From a virus, in the IMG/VR virus record IMGVR_UViG_3300045256_000094: DNA of 64,000 nt; one strand, given 5' to 3'. The notes below the pieces were generated by a model. It saw nothing but the letters and a program-made list of their open reading frames with translations. It was not told the DNA's origin and made no database searches. The position numbers and the translations under genes were made by a program. Shown here piece by piece: positions 19,262-29,156 of the stretch. Within the stretch, counting starts at the first letter, position 1. Every line of letters starts with the position of its first letter.

Positions 19262-20014
19262 ATGGTATGCACCTTCATCATCCCTTTCCCCTCCGCACGG
19301 ATAGATAATGTCCTGCAAACGGTCCGCTTCCTGGGGCGGAACCACCCGGAGGTTTGCAAAGAATCTGAGATCATCTTCTCATGCCAGGACCGCTGCGGCA
19401 ACATCCCCAACCCGTTCAAAAAAGACCGTCTCATCAACCTGGAAACGGACTGCATGAGGAAATCCAAGATGATGAACGAGGCGGCGAAGGTGGCGTCGTC
19501 CGACTTGCTCGTGTTCCTCGACAGCGACCGGGTGCTACCGGCCGGGTATTTCGACAAGGTGGTGCGGAACTACCAGCCCGGCACGGCCGTCTCCACGAAG
19601 AACATGTGGCGGCTCACAGAACCGGCCTCCGACGAGGACATCATCGCCGGAAAGTTCAAGTACGAGTTAGAAAACAAAGACACGACCAACAAAGCGTGGA
19701 CTCGGACCATGTTCGCCGGGAACTGTACCGTCAGTAAAGCCGACTTCTGGCGGGTCGGCGGGTGTGACGAGTCGTACCACGGGTACGGGTTCGAGGATCA
19801 CGACATGACCCGTACCCTGGAAACCGGAGGCGTCAAGTTCGTCTGGCACGAGGACATTGAACTCCATCTCTGGCACCCGAGGCTAACTTACGGCAAAGGC
19901 GACCAGAAGAAGATGTTCATCATGAACGGGTTGCGTTACTGCAAGAAGTGGAGTCTGCCCATTCCGCCGGAGCTACAGGTGGAGATGGGCACTTATACGA
20001 AGGGGATGATCTAA
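19262..20014 (+). CDS. family 2 glycosyltransferase (galactosyltransferase-like C-terminal motif)
   Basis: LVFLDSDRVL...GGCDESYHGYGFEDHDM. Confidence 0.68.
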   Translation: MVCTFIIPFPSARIDNVLQTVRFLGRNHPEVCKESEIIFSCQDRCGNIPNPFKKDRLINLETDCMRKSKMMNEAAKVASSDLLVFLDSDRVLPAGYFDKVVRNYQPGTAVSTKNMWRLTEPASDEDIIAGKFKYELENKDTTNKAWTRTMFAGNCTVSKADFWRVGGCDESYHGYGFEDHDMTRTLETGGVKFVWHEDIELHLWHPRLTYGKGDQKKMFIMNGLRYCKKWSLPIPPELQVEMGTYTKGMI

Positions 20015-20943
20015 TGGAATGCGTTGTCTACCACTGGTGGGCAGAGGACTACGATGCCCAGCCCGCAGAGAACCTGCGCACCCCGCTCATCCACTCCATC
20101 GCCAGCCTGCGTGCGGTTGACAAGACCATCCCGGTTTACGTCCTAGACGGCAGCAAGAAGCCGCTCAACTGGCACTACTGGTCGAGCAGCCTGCGGTTCA
20201 AGCTGATCCCGATCACCTTCAGTTACGAAGAGAAGTACGCCGACAAGCCCGGCTACAAGAACTTGTCCCGGATCGAGGACATCTGGAAGTGCGAGCTTCC
20301 CGAGGAGAAGATCATCTACTCGGACGCCGACGTGTTCTGGATCAAGAGTCCCAGGCCGACGACGTTCGACGGCCAGCGGTTCACCTTCAACAAATACAAC
20401 AGCGGTTTCTTTTACTACGACAAGACATCGCCGCTGGTCAAGGACTTCCACGAACTGTGGCACGCCTACATCATCACGGCGTTGAACGACGAGAACTTCC
20501 GAATCCTGAGCCGTCAGTACACAGACTACCGGGAGTGGTACTTCGTGCTGGACGAGACGGTGCTAACGTACATGGCGTACAAGCTGCCACGGTTCTTCGA
20601 CATCGTGGACACGAACGAACACTGCACCCTGGGCATGGCGGCTCAGCAGATGCCGTCGCCCGACAAGATCAAAATGTTCCACACGCACGGCGTCCTGGTC
20701 AAAGACGTGTTCACACACAGCGAACATGCCCGTGGACTGACGCCCCTGTTGATTAAGGAATGCTGGGACTCGCTCCAGGGACTCGGCGAAGAGAAGGTGA
20801 AGCAGTTGTACCGGCCGCAATACCTGGAGAAGTACCTTCCGTACCAGCGGTCCCTGTTCGACCCCGAGTTCGAGAAGGTACTTCGAGAGAGTAAAAACGA
20901 AAAGGGCTTGTGCCGGTTGACACAAGCCCTGCGGGTTACTTGA
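20014..20943 (+). CDS. hypothetical protein, nucleotide-sugar-transferase-like
   Basis: Starts MECVVYHWW with a TAATG overlap on the upstream stop; contains IYSDADVFWI. Confidence 0.4.
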   Translation: MECVVYHWWAEDYDAQPAENLRTPLIHSIASLRAVDKTIPVYVLDGSKKPLNWHYWSSSLRFKLIPITFSYEEKYADKPGYKNLSRIEDIWKCELPEEKIIYSDADVFWIKSPRPTTFDGQRFTFNKYNSGFFYYDKTSPLVKDFHELWHAYIITALNDENFRILSRQYTDYREWYFVLDETVLTYMAYKLPRFFDIVDTNEHCTLGMAAQQMPSPDKIKMFHTHGVLVKDVFTHSEHARGLTPLLIKECWDSLQGLGEEKVKQLYRPQYLEKYLPYQRSLFDPEFEKVLRESKNEKGLCRLTQALRVT

Positions 20944-21693
20944 GAAGGTCTAACTCGCCCTTCATGATCGCCTTGATGTTCGTCACCTTCTTGTTGGTCC
21001 GGTGATCGGTAACTCGACTCTCCATGAAGTTGTAGGTTCTGATCTTCTGCCCACGGCTGCCGTCGCCGAGCGTCTTGCGACGGAACTCGGAGTATTCCTT
21101 GTCGGCGGCTGCCTTCCGTTTGTCCTGAACACGGGCCGTCATGATCCTGATGGCGTCCCGCTTGTTGGAGTGCTGGTCCCGGCCGTTAATGAACACCGTG
21201 ATGCCAGTCTCCTTGTGCTTCACCCGCACGGCACTCTCGGTCTTGTTCTGGTGCTGACCACCAGGACCGTGCCCGCACTGAGTCGTCACTTCGTACTCGT
21301 CTTCCTTGATCGGCTCCCACACGTCCTCCTTGATCGGCAGGACGCCGACGGAGATCATGGAAGTTTGTTTACGGCCTTTGGATTCCGTCTCCGGGACACG
21401 CTGGCAGCAGTGACCGCCGCTCTCGCTCTTGAAGGCATCCCAGACCCCGTTGCCGGTGATCTTGGCGATGCAGTGCCCTTCGGACGTGTGAATCAGTTCA
21501 GACTTGAAGCCCTTCGTGTTGGCGTACTTGATGTACGCTGCGAAGAGTTCATCGACGAATATCTTGGAGTCCGCACCGCCCTCCCCGAACCGTAGTTCGA
21601 GGATGATTTCTTTGGCCTGCTCAAAGACTCCTCCACTTGTCCCCCATCTTCTTCATGGGGTCAAAGCGACCCCCTATTGTTGTGCTTACTCAT
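20936..21693 (-). CDS. class I release factor lacking domain 1 (RF1-like PxT = PET; PrfH-like architecture), with programmed +1 frameshift(s) in its leader
   Basis: The body aligns to RF1 domains 2-4: LELRFGEGGADS...IAKITGNGVWDAFKSESGGHCCQRVPETESKGRKQTS...GPGGQHQNKTESAVRV...RTYNFMESRVTDHR. The RF frame has no ATG/GTG/TTG upstream of M(21358) back to a TGA. The leader holds ATG(21691-21693)...AGGGGG-TCG-CTT-TGA-C followed by ATG AAG AAG ATG...GGAGGAGT-CTT-TGA-G. Confidence 0.7.
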
Positions 21694-21792
21694 CGTCGTC
21701 TCCTGTGTTGGAATGAACAGGGCGTGCCCCTGTTTCTACAATCATATAGTGTTCGAGGCCGCAAATCAAGGCGGCTTTCACTCAAATAAAAC

Positions 21793-22512
21793 ATGGTAGT
21801 CTGGCGGTACACCGTCGGCCCGGTCAGCGACCGTGGCCTAGACATTTTGCACGAGAGCGTTCGGCGGCTGAAGAAGCTGTATCCCGACTTCCGAATCGTC
21901 GTTTGCTACAACCAAATCTCGCCGGACCGCCTCAGCCGCCTCGACGTGGAGTTGATCCCGTCCGACAGGTCCGCCCTGTCCCGAGAGCCACGCCCAGGCT
22001 ACAGCGAACACTGGAAGTTCTACCCGGCCCGGATCGCACCGAACGATTACGAAATCGTCTGCGACAACGACATCCTCCTGCACCGCCCGCTGCCCAAGAT
22101 CGAGTACGCCGTGTCCCGGAACTTCTTCATAGGGTACGAAGCCCTCGGTCGTAACTACGGGAACTTCGACCACGTTGCCCCGAAGTGTTCCATCCGAATC
22201 AACTCCGGCCTGTACGGACTGCCGCCCCGGTACGACTTCGGCAAAGAGTTGAACTCGGTGATCGACAAGGGGGCGAAGCCGGGATGGGCACACCGATTCG
22301 ACGACCAGGGAATGTTGGCGATGGTGCTATTGAATAACAAGTCACTTATGTGCGTGAGCCAATCCGACCTGCCGATCATCGAGCCGGACGAAGACCTGTC
22401 CGTGCAAAACAACAACGTGATGTGTTGCGGATATCACTTCGTATTCGCCAACAGGGAAGAAGAACACCACGGATGGAACAGTTTCTTGCAAAGAGGGTGT
22501 AAGTTATGTTAA
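21793..22512 (+). CDS. putative glycosyltransferase, WRYTVG / CYNQ / CDNDILL family (paralog B)
   Basis: MVVWRYTVGP...VVCYNQISPDRLSRL...VCDNDILLH. Confidence 0.5.
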   Translation: MVVWRYTVGPVSDRGLDILHESVRRLKKLYPDFRIVVCYNQISPDRLSRLDVELIPSDRSALSREPRPGYSEHWKFYPARIAPNDYEIVCDNDILLHRPLPKIEYAVSRNFFIGYEALGRNYGNFDHVAPKCSIRINSGLYGLPPRYDFGKELNSVIDKGAKPGWAHRFDDQGMLAMVLLNNKSLMCVSQSDLPIIEPDEDLSVQNNNVMCCGYHFVFANREEEHHGWNSFLQRGCKLC

Positions 22513-22623
22513 TGAGATTGTTTAGAAAGATCAAACGTGCTATAACTTCATGGTGGGCACTTAGGAAACACAGAAAGAATAGCAGCAAAGACGATTACGT
22601 TTACCCTGTAGATTAAGGACACT

Positions 22624-23424
22624 ATGTTTGCAAACTTTGTCAGTCGCTTCCTGAATGATATCCCCATTAACCAGGGCGGCACCGATACCGACAAACGGTC
22701 GTGTACTATGAACTGGTACATGGCCGACCGGGAACAATACCACCTGGAAGCCGTCAAGTTCAACGAGCCACTGATCTCCTACCGGCACAACGCCCACGGG
22801 TATCGGGGCGACGAGTTCACGGCGACGGCCAAACACCGCATCCTGGTCTGCGGTTGTTCTTACGCCTACGGGCTTGCCGTCAATGAAGAGGACACGTTCT
22901 ACGCCGAGATGAAGCGGCACCTGGGCGACGACTGCGTGGTCTGGAACTTCGGTTCGCCGGGCAAGAGCAACGAGTACATCAACCGGATGGTGAACTTGGC
23001 GATGAACGTCCTCAAGCCGACCGTGTGTTTAATCAACTTTACCTACACCGGCAGGCGAGAGTTGTTCAATCACGAGGGCAACTACGTTCACTACCTCCGA
23101 CAGTCTAAGGACTTGTCCCGGTACAGGGATATCATAGAGATACAAGATAAGCTGAGCAACGGGTTCGCCGACCTAGCTAACTTCTACACATGCTACAAGA
23201 GCATTAAGAACTGCATGCTGGCAAACAAGACCCCGTGGTTGTTCTCTTGGAATGAGAACTCGATCCTCGAAATCCCCGAAGTGCGTGACGACCCCGCCAG
23301 GGTAGAGTTCTTCAACAAGGTGGACATCGCCCGAGACAACATGCACCCTGGCCCGAAGAGTCACAAAAAGCTGGGCCAACTATACGTTAAGAAGTACCAC
23401 GACCTATATGGAAAATATCTATAG
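22624..23424 (+). CDS. SGNH/GDSL-type hydrolase (esterase/acyl-transferase-like)
   Basis: ILVCGCSYAYG is a GDS-block variant; the C-terminal DNMHPGPKSH resembles the DxxH catalytic block. Confidence 0.55.
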   Translation: MFANFVSRFLNDIPINQGGTDTDKRSCTMNWYMADREQYHLEAVKFNEPLISYRHNAHGYRGDEFTATAKHRILVCGCSYAYGLAVNEEDTFYAEMKRHLGDDCVVWNFGSPGKSNEYINRMVNLAMNVLKPTVCLINFTYTGRRELFNHEGNYVHYLRQSKDLSRYRDIIEIQDKLSNGFADLANFYTCYKSIKNCMLANKTPWLFSWNENSILEIPEVRDDPARVEFFNKVDIARDNMHPGPKSHKKLGQLYVKKYHDLYGKYL

Positions 23425-24469
23425 CTCTAAGCCGTCCGTAGGACCGCTCGAAGCCCAGGCTGTGTCAGATGCCGTCCTCAGCGGATGGGTGGCACAGGGT
23501 CCGGTCATCGGTCAGTTCGAGCAAGCCTTCGCCGACGCCCACCGCAACCGTCACGGGGTCAGTTGCTCCTCCGGCATGAGTGCCCTGGAGCTTGCCATCC
23601 TGTCCCTCCGCTTGCCGCCGTTCACTGAGATCATCGTCCCGAACTTGACCATGATCGCCGTCCTGAACGCCGTCGAGCGGTTAGACTATCGACCCAAGTT
23701 CGCCGAAGTGTCGGGCGTGGTCGGTAACGTGACTGTAGACTCGATCAAAGAGTGTATCACCGACAGGACATCGGCCGTGATCGTCGTACACAACTACGGC
23801 GAAGTCGTAGAAGACATGGCCGAAATCCGCAACCTCTGTCACCACCACGGCCTCAAGCTGATCGAAGACTGTGCGGAAGCCCACTACGCCGATGTCGCCC
23901 GGTACGGCGACGTGAACACCTTCAGTTTCTACGCCAATAAGATCATCACCACCGGCGAAGGCGGGATGGTCTTAACCAACTACGATGTTTACCAGAAGCG
24001 GATGCAACTGTTACGGAACCACTACTTCGGGCCGCAGCGGTTCATCCACGAAGAACCTGGGCTTAGCTGCCGTATGTCGAACTTGTCCGCCGCCCTCGGT
24101 CTTTGCCAACACAACCGGCGGGACGAGTTCATTCAACGCAGAAAGGCCATCAAGGCGATGTACCTGGAGGGGTTCGCCAACCTCCCCATCGAATATCCCA
24201 CATCGCCGAATTCGGCCAACTGGCTGATGCCAATCCAGGGCGGCAACATCGACGGATTGATTCACCACCTACACGAGAAGAAGATAGAAACCAGACGCTA
24301 CTTCTACCCATTCCACAAGCAGCCGTTGACTTGGGGGAGCTATTCCGGTTATGCCTACTCCGAGAAGTTGTACGAGAACGGGCTGTGCCTGCCGATCTAC
24401 CCGAGCCTGACCGATGATGAGGTAGGGCGGGTCGTTGACGCAGTGAAGGGCTTCTATGCTAACGTTTAA
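23408..24469 (+). CDS. DegT/DnrJ/EryC1/StrS-family PLP-dependent sugar aminotransferase
   Basis: 353 aa; SSGMSALELAI, HNYGEVVEDMAEI...LIEDCAEAH and SFYANKIITTGEGGMV. Confidence 0.85.
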   Translation: MENIYSSKPSVGPLEAQAVSDAVLSGWVAQGPVIGQFEQAFADAHRNRHGVSCSSGMSALELAILSLRLPPFTEIIVPNLTMIAVLNAVERLDYRPKFAEVSGVVGNVTVDSIKECITDRTSAVIVVHNYGEVVEDMAEIRNLCHHHGLKLIEDCAEAHYADVARYGDVNTFSFYANKIITTGEGGMVLTNYDVYQKRMQLLRNHYFGPQRFIHEEPGLSCRMSNLSAALGLCQHNRRDEFIQRRKAIKAMYLEGFANLPIEYPTSPNSANWLMPIQGGNIDGLIHHLHEKKIETRRYFYPFHKQPLTWGSYSGYAYSEKLYENGLCLPIYPSLTDDEVGRVVDAVKGFYANV

Positions 24470-25265
24470 CCGCTACTCCACCCACATCAACATCTACGGC
24501 ATCGCCCGGTCGGGCATCCACGCCATCGCCGACTGGTTGTATATCAACATGCTGGGTAATACGATCTACCTGGACAACCAGAACCAGGACGACGAGGGGT
24601 ACACAGCGAGTTGGGAACCCGGCTCCCCACTATCAGAGTGGCAGCCGGGGATGCGGGACGTGCGGTTGAAGTTCAATTACGAGTGGGGGCAGAAGTTCGA
24701 CAATGCCATCACCATCTTCGAGAACCACGACCTGACGAGACTGAAGCCCAACTTCCACCGTGAGTTCGGACTGCCGTCGAAGAAGTTCGACCTACTCGTA
24801 ATCCGCAGCCTGCGAAACCACTACGCCTCGTTCATCAGGATCAAAAAAGAACACCGGGATGCCGCCTGCCGACTGAGGCGGTTCGAGTCGCCCAACCACC
24901 AGAAAGCGGGCATCTATGACCTGGACTTGTGGAGAATGTACGTCAAGGAAGTCCTCAACCCCAAAGATAAGATCACAGTTCTGTATGATCTGTGGTGTAA
25001 GAACCTGGACTATCGGCTGGCCCTGCTGGACAAGCTGGGTTTGCCACACCTGAAGAGATCGCTGAATCACGTCCCCCACTATGGCGGGGGCAGTTCGTTC
25101 GACGGCACGGCCTTCAACGGCAATGCCGGTGAGATGCAGACGTTGGACCGCTGGCGATCCCTAACCCATGAAGAAAAACTATGTCTGCTTAATCTGATGA
25201 CAGAAGATGACGTTCGTCTTGACGCCGCCATAGATTCCAGTCTACATGCTGGGCGAATGGCGTGA
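24456..25265 (+). CDS. hypothetical protein (sulfotransferase-like?)
   Basis: IYGIARSGIHAIADWL and LLVIRSLRNHYASF; the assignment is weak. Confidence 0.35.
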   Translation: MLTFNRYSTHINIYGIARSGIHAIADWLYINMLGNTIYLDNQNQDDEGYTASWEPGSPLSEWQPGMRDVRLKFNYEWGQKFDNAITIFENHDLTRLKPNFHREFGLPSKKFDLLVIRSLRNHYASFIRIKKEHRDAACRLRRFESPNHQKAGIYDLDLWRMYVKEVLNPKDKITVLYDLWCKNLDYRLALLDKLGLPHLKRSLNHVPHYGGGSSFDGTAFNGNAGEMQTLDRWRSLTHEEKLCLLNLMTEDDVRLDAAIDSSLHAGRMA

Positions 25266-26085
25266 ACGGCATGACGGACGGGTCACAGAAGATGTCCAAC
25301 GATTTGCCCACGTCGAAGAAGAAGGCGTTGGGCAGTGTCTTGGAAAGCTTGTGAATGATCCAAGCCCCGACGTAGCCGCCCTGGTAGAGATACACGACCG
25401 GGTAGTGGGCGAACTGCTTGTGGTAGCGGGTCATGTCTTCGATGAACTCATCCTTGTAGGCCGAGAGCGGCATCCGCACCCGGTAGAACTGGTAGTCGGG
25501 GAACTGCCAGAACTCGTGGGCGTTGATCTCATTCAAATGGTTCATGCCGACCACGACGACGAAATACTTCCGCATCGCATTCAGCACCTTAATCATCGAC
25601 CCGTCCACACACCACTGCTTCCAGCACATGCCGTTGTAGATCGTCTTATCGGGCGGCAGCACGGCCTTCATTGCTAACAGCGACTCCCACTTCTTCTCGA
25701 CCGGCAGCGGAGAGTTCTTCGGGTAGCCGTCGTAGAACACGCCCCACATCACGTCCGTGTCCTCCCGCATCATGTCAATCAAGTCGAGGTAGTGCCACTC
25801 GATGTCCTTCTTGTCGAACCCGTTGAATAACTCCTTCGTGCCCTCTCGGGTCTGTGGAATTTTCTCCACGAACCCCTTGTAGAAGTCCGGGTTGTCCTCG
25901 CAGATCGCCCGGAGGCCGGACCTGATCCCGTCCAGGGTAATGTCCGGCTGGTCGGTGGCGAACTTGTAGAGGCGTTCCCAATACCCGTGCAGCAACTTAC
26001 AGAACGAGAAGTATTCCTTGTTCACGAGCTTGCGGGCCACGTCGTCGGCCGTGATGGGGGCGAAACGGAAGTCTGGAAAGAGCAT
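25189..26085 (-). CDS. hypothetical protein
   Basis: 298-aa ORF sharing an ATGA overlap with the carbamoyltransferase stop. Confidence 0.45.
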   Translation of the reverse strand: MLFPDFRFAPITADDVARKLVNKEYFSFCKLLHGYWERLYKFATDQPDITLDGIRSGLRAICEDNPDFYKGFVEKIPQTREGTKELFNGFDKKDIEWHYLDLIDMMREDTDVMWGVFYDGYPKNSPLPVEKKWESLLAMKAVLPPDKTIYNGMCWKQWCVDGSMIKVLNAMRKYFVVVVGMNHLNEINAHEFWQFPDYQFYRVRMPLSAYKDEFIEDMTRYHKQFAHYPVVYLYQGGYVGAWIIHKLSKTLPNAFFFDVGKSLDIFCDPSVMPFTPFAQHVDWNLWRRQDERHLLSSD

Positions 26086-27512
26086 CAGTAAATCTCCACG
26101 TCGTATAGCTCGGTGAACTTGCGGGCGTCATCCAGGTCGTTAAGGATCGGCTGTCCCCGGATGTTCAGGCTCGTGTTCAACACCATCGGGCAGCCGGTCA
26201 ATCGGTAGAACTCTTCGAGAACAGCGTTGAACCGTGGGTTGTTCTTCTCGTTCACCGTCTGCACCCTGGACGTATTGTCATAGTGACAGATGGCGGGAAA
26301 CTCTGCCGGGTAGCGGCACTTGCCCACATACTGCATGTACGGGCTGACGGGGACCGGCATCTCGAAGTAGTCGTGGACGAAACGTTCCAGAACGGCCGGG
26401 GCGAACGGGCGGAATTGGTGGCGACGTTTGACTTGGTTCACCATCACCTTGTTCTCGATCTTTCTCGGGTCTGCCAGCAGTGAGCGGTTCCCCAACGCCC
26501 GTGGCCCGAACTCCGCTGGTCCGTTCGCAATACCCACCGCTTTGCCCTGGGCCAGCGTCCTAGCCACGGCTTCCACGTCGAGTTCCCGGTCGATACTCTT
26601 GCCCAGGTAAGGACCGTCCCATTGGACGTGCCGGTCGAGCGCACACCCGACGGCCGACCCGGCGTCCCCTGGATTGGGGAATATCCACATGTTCTCAAAC
26701 AGCGGGGCGATCTTCGCATTCAGTACACAGTTCAAAGCCACGCCGCCGACGTACACGAGGTTCGACGAGTAGCGACTGGCCTGCCGCATGACCTTCAGTA
26801 CCACCCGTTCAGTAACGGCCTGGACGCTGGCGGCGATGTCCACCGGGTCGGCTTCCGGGAGGTAGTCGCCCACGCCCCGCCACACGTCCCGCTTCAACTC
26901 AAACAGCGGCGCACTGTCCACGAAGAAGTCGTCGTAGATTTGCTCGGCGTAGATCGGCTTCCCGAAGGCAGCCATCCCCATCATGATGTACTCTTCCTCG
27001 TTCGGCTTGAGGCCGCACCGCTTCGTGAACGCCGAATAGAACAGGCCGATGGACGACGGGTAGTTGATTTGCTGCACCCGATCAAGTCGCTCCAGATATC
27101 CGCAGTGGATACCGAACGTGGCCCACTCGCCGATGGCGTCGATGGTCACGACGACTGCGTGCTGGAACGGCGATGTGTAATAACCCGTCTTGGCGTGGGA
27201 GTCGTGGTGGTCGCCATACTCCACGCCTCTGATCCCGAACCGCTTCAGATAGGTGGATGGCAACTCTTTCATCAGTGCCTTCCACTGACCGAGCCGCAAC
27301 TGACGCCCCTTTTTCTTCCAGGGGTTCTCGTAGAACACCACCCGATCCGGTTTTCCGAACGCACGGGCGTCGTCCACCAGTTCTTGACACAGGTGCTTAT
27401 CTTGCTTGATCTTGGTATACCGCTCGGAGGACGAGGCGTATACCAACTTGTTGTCCTGAACCACCGCCAGCGAGGCGTCGTGGTTCATGGCGGTGATACC
27501 CCAGGTAATCAT
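26085..27512 (-). CDS. NodU/CmcH-family carbamoyltransferase
   Basis: MITWGITAMNHDASLAVV...; roughly 475 aa. Both ends overlap neighbouring genes by ATGA. Confidence 0.82.
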   Translation of the reverse strand: MITWGITAMNHDASLAVVQDNKLVYASSSERYTKIKQDKHLCQELVDDARAFGKPDRVVFYENPWKKKGRQLRLGQWKALMKELPSTYLKRFGIRGVEYGDHHDSHAKTGYYTSPFQHAVVVTIDAIGEWATFGIHCGYLERLDRVQQINYPSSIGLFYSAFTKRCGLKPNEEEYIMMGMAAFGKPIYAEQIYDDFFVDSAPLFELKRDVWRGVGDYLPEADPVDIAASVQAVTERVVLKVMRQASRYSSNLVYVGGVALNCVLNAKIAPLFENMWIFPNPGDAGSAVGCALDRHVQWDGPYLGKSIDRELDVEAVARTLAQGKAVGIANGPAEFGPRALGNRSLLADPRKIENKVMVNQVKRRHQFRPFAPAVLERFVHDYFEMPVPVSPYMQYVGKCRYPAEFPAICHYDNTSRVQTVNEKNNPRFNAVLEEFYRLTGCPMVLNTSLNIRGQPILNDLDDARKFTELYDVEIY

Positions 27513-28231
27513 ACGCTCCTCTGCTTGTAAGCTTCCCACCCGTAATGCCTGTCGGCACGATTAACACCGATGAAGTGGATGATATCGGTGAAGCCGTCCA
27601 GGTCGGTTTTCAACTCATACATGTCCCGGACTTCCAAGACGACGTGCCGTGGGTATTTCAAAAGAGCGGCGATGACCAACGCCTGCTCCTCTCCGTAGGT
27701 GAACTTCGCCACCGGGTTGTCGTAGATGATGTCCACGATCTCCTTCTGGAAGTCGAACCCCGGCGGCATCCCGATGAGGCCACTGTTATAAGCCCCTTCA
27801 CTAATGAGATGGGCGTAGGTGCCGTAATACCGTACCCCGGTTCGGGCGAACATCGTGCAGTCGCCGTCGAGGAAGGGTTTGATCTGGTCGATGCTGTGGA
27901 TCAACACGTCATTGTCGCAGACGATCTCGTGCTTGTCCGGGGCCAACCTCGGCGGGCAAATCTTCCACAAGCTCCCGCCCGTCTTGTGCCGGTTCCTCTG
28001 GTCCGTCCCGGCGTCGAGGTAGGGCCGGAGGAGATGGGTGGGTTCCTGTCGCACCAGGGGCACATCCAACTTCTGCAATTGTTCAACTTGTAACTCAGTT
28101 AGGTTGTTGTAGCAGACGGCGTACTCCACGGGATATCCATCGAACGCCTTCTTCGCCAACTTGACTGAGCGAGCCAGTGTCTCCAGTCCGGCCACGGTCG
28201 TATTGCCACAAGTCCAACGGAAGAGAACCAT
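27509..28231 (-). CDS. putative glycosyltransferase, FRWTCG / CYNN / CDNDVLIH family (paralog C)
   Basis: MVLFRWTCGN...AVCYNNLTELQVEQL...VCDNDVLIH. Confidence 0.5.
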   Translation of the reverse strand: MVLFRWTCGNTTVAGLETLARSVKLAKKAFDGYPVEYAVCYNNLTELQVEQLQKLDVPLVRQEPTHLLRPYLDAGTDQRNRHKTGGSLWKICPPRLAPDKHEIVCDNDVLIHSIDQIKPFLDGDCTMFARTGVRYYGTYAHLISEGAYNSGLIGMPPGFDFQKEIVDIIYDNPVAKFTYGEEQALVIAALLKYPRHVVLEVRDMYELKTDLDGFTDIIHFIGVNRADRHYGWEAYKQRSV

Positions 28232-29156
28232 GATTATCCCCAAATTCAACTGCCAACAAGTGCGTGCGATGCCGTTACACAACTCCCACGGGTGGTTGGA
28301 CGCAGTGAACGCAATCCAGGCCAAACTGAACAACCCTAACGGAGTGTTGTTCTACGACATGCTGGATTTTCATTTCATAGAAAAGCGGACGCCCATCCAA
28401 ACCCAATGGACGGGCTTCTTCCACAGCGTACCAAAATACCCGGAAAACGTCCACAACATTGCCCGGCTCCACGCCGGGAGGCTGTACATGCTGTCGGCCA
28501 TTCTGGAACAAGAGTGGGTCAGAGAGAGCCTGCCATACTGCGTCGGCCTCTTCACCCTGTCGCCCGCACTCAGCCGATTCATCGTGGAGAAGACGGGCAT
28601 CCCGGTCAGCACCATCCCGTATGCCGTCAGTGAATACGACTGCCAGTTCGACATCAAAGCCTACGACGAAAACCCACGAGTCCTACACGCCGGTCAGTAC
28701 CAGAGGAACTACCAGCCGTTCTTCGACCTGAAGGTGAAGCAAAAGAAGACGTTCATTAAGATAGACTTCGACAAGGAGGCCGGTTTCTACACCAACACGG
28801 AGGGAACGGAGTTCCTAGAACTCCAGTCGGCCGAACAATTCATCAAGATGCAAAGCTCGTCGGTGGTGTTCATGAACCACTACAACGAGTTCGCCTGCAC
28901 GGTCATGTTGCAGTGCATCAAGCTCAGGACGCCGGTCATGGTCAACCCCACCGAGACGAACCGATACTATCTCGGCGAGGACTACCCCTTGTTCTACTCG
29001 TCCGTCGAAGAGGCTAACGCCAAACTGGCCGACCACGATCTCATCGTGAAGGCCCACGAGTACCTGAAAGGTCTTTCTTATACTACCGACCGAATGGTGG
29101 ACGAGATCGCCAACTCAAAAGTGTACAAGAGCATTGGCACTCGCTTCGTCTTTTAA
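28230..29156 (+). CDS. putative GT-B glycosyltransferase
   Basis: The C-terminal region SVVFMNHYNEFACTVMLQCIKLRTPVMVNPTE resembles the GT4 C-terminal part. Its start overlaps the divergent gene's start in a CATG. Confidence 0.4.
   Translation: MIIPKFNCQQVRAMPLHNSHGWLDAVNAIQAKLNNPNGVLFYDMLDFHFIEKRTPIQTQWTGFFHSVPKYPENVHNIARLHAGRLYMLSAILEQEWVRESLPYCVGLFTLSPALSRFIVEKTGIPVSTIPYAVSEYDCQFDIKAYDENPRVLHAGQYQRNYQPFFDLKVKQKKTFIKIDFDKEAGFYTNTEGTEFLELQSAEQFIKMQSSSVVFMNHYNEFACTVMLQCIKLRTPVMVNPTETNRYYLGEDYPLFYSSVEEANAKLADHDLIVKAHEYLKGLSYTTDRMVDEIANSKVYKSIGTRFVF

Noticed and set aside
21600-21700. A single -1 frameshift or a simple upstream start as the explanation for the release-factor reading frame
   Set aside because: The RF frame itself contains TAG and TGA between the upstream ATG and the body. 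It has no ATG/GTG/TTG before M21358. Only +1 events at the CUU UGA sites connect an initiation codon to the RF frame.
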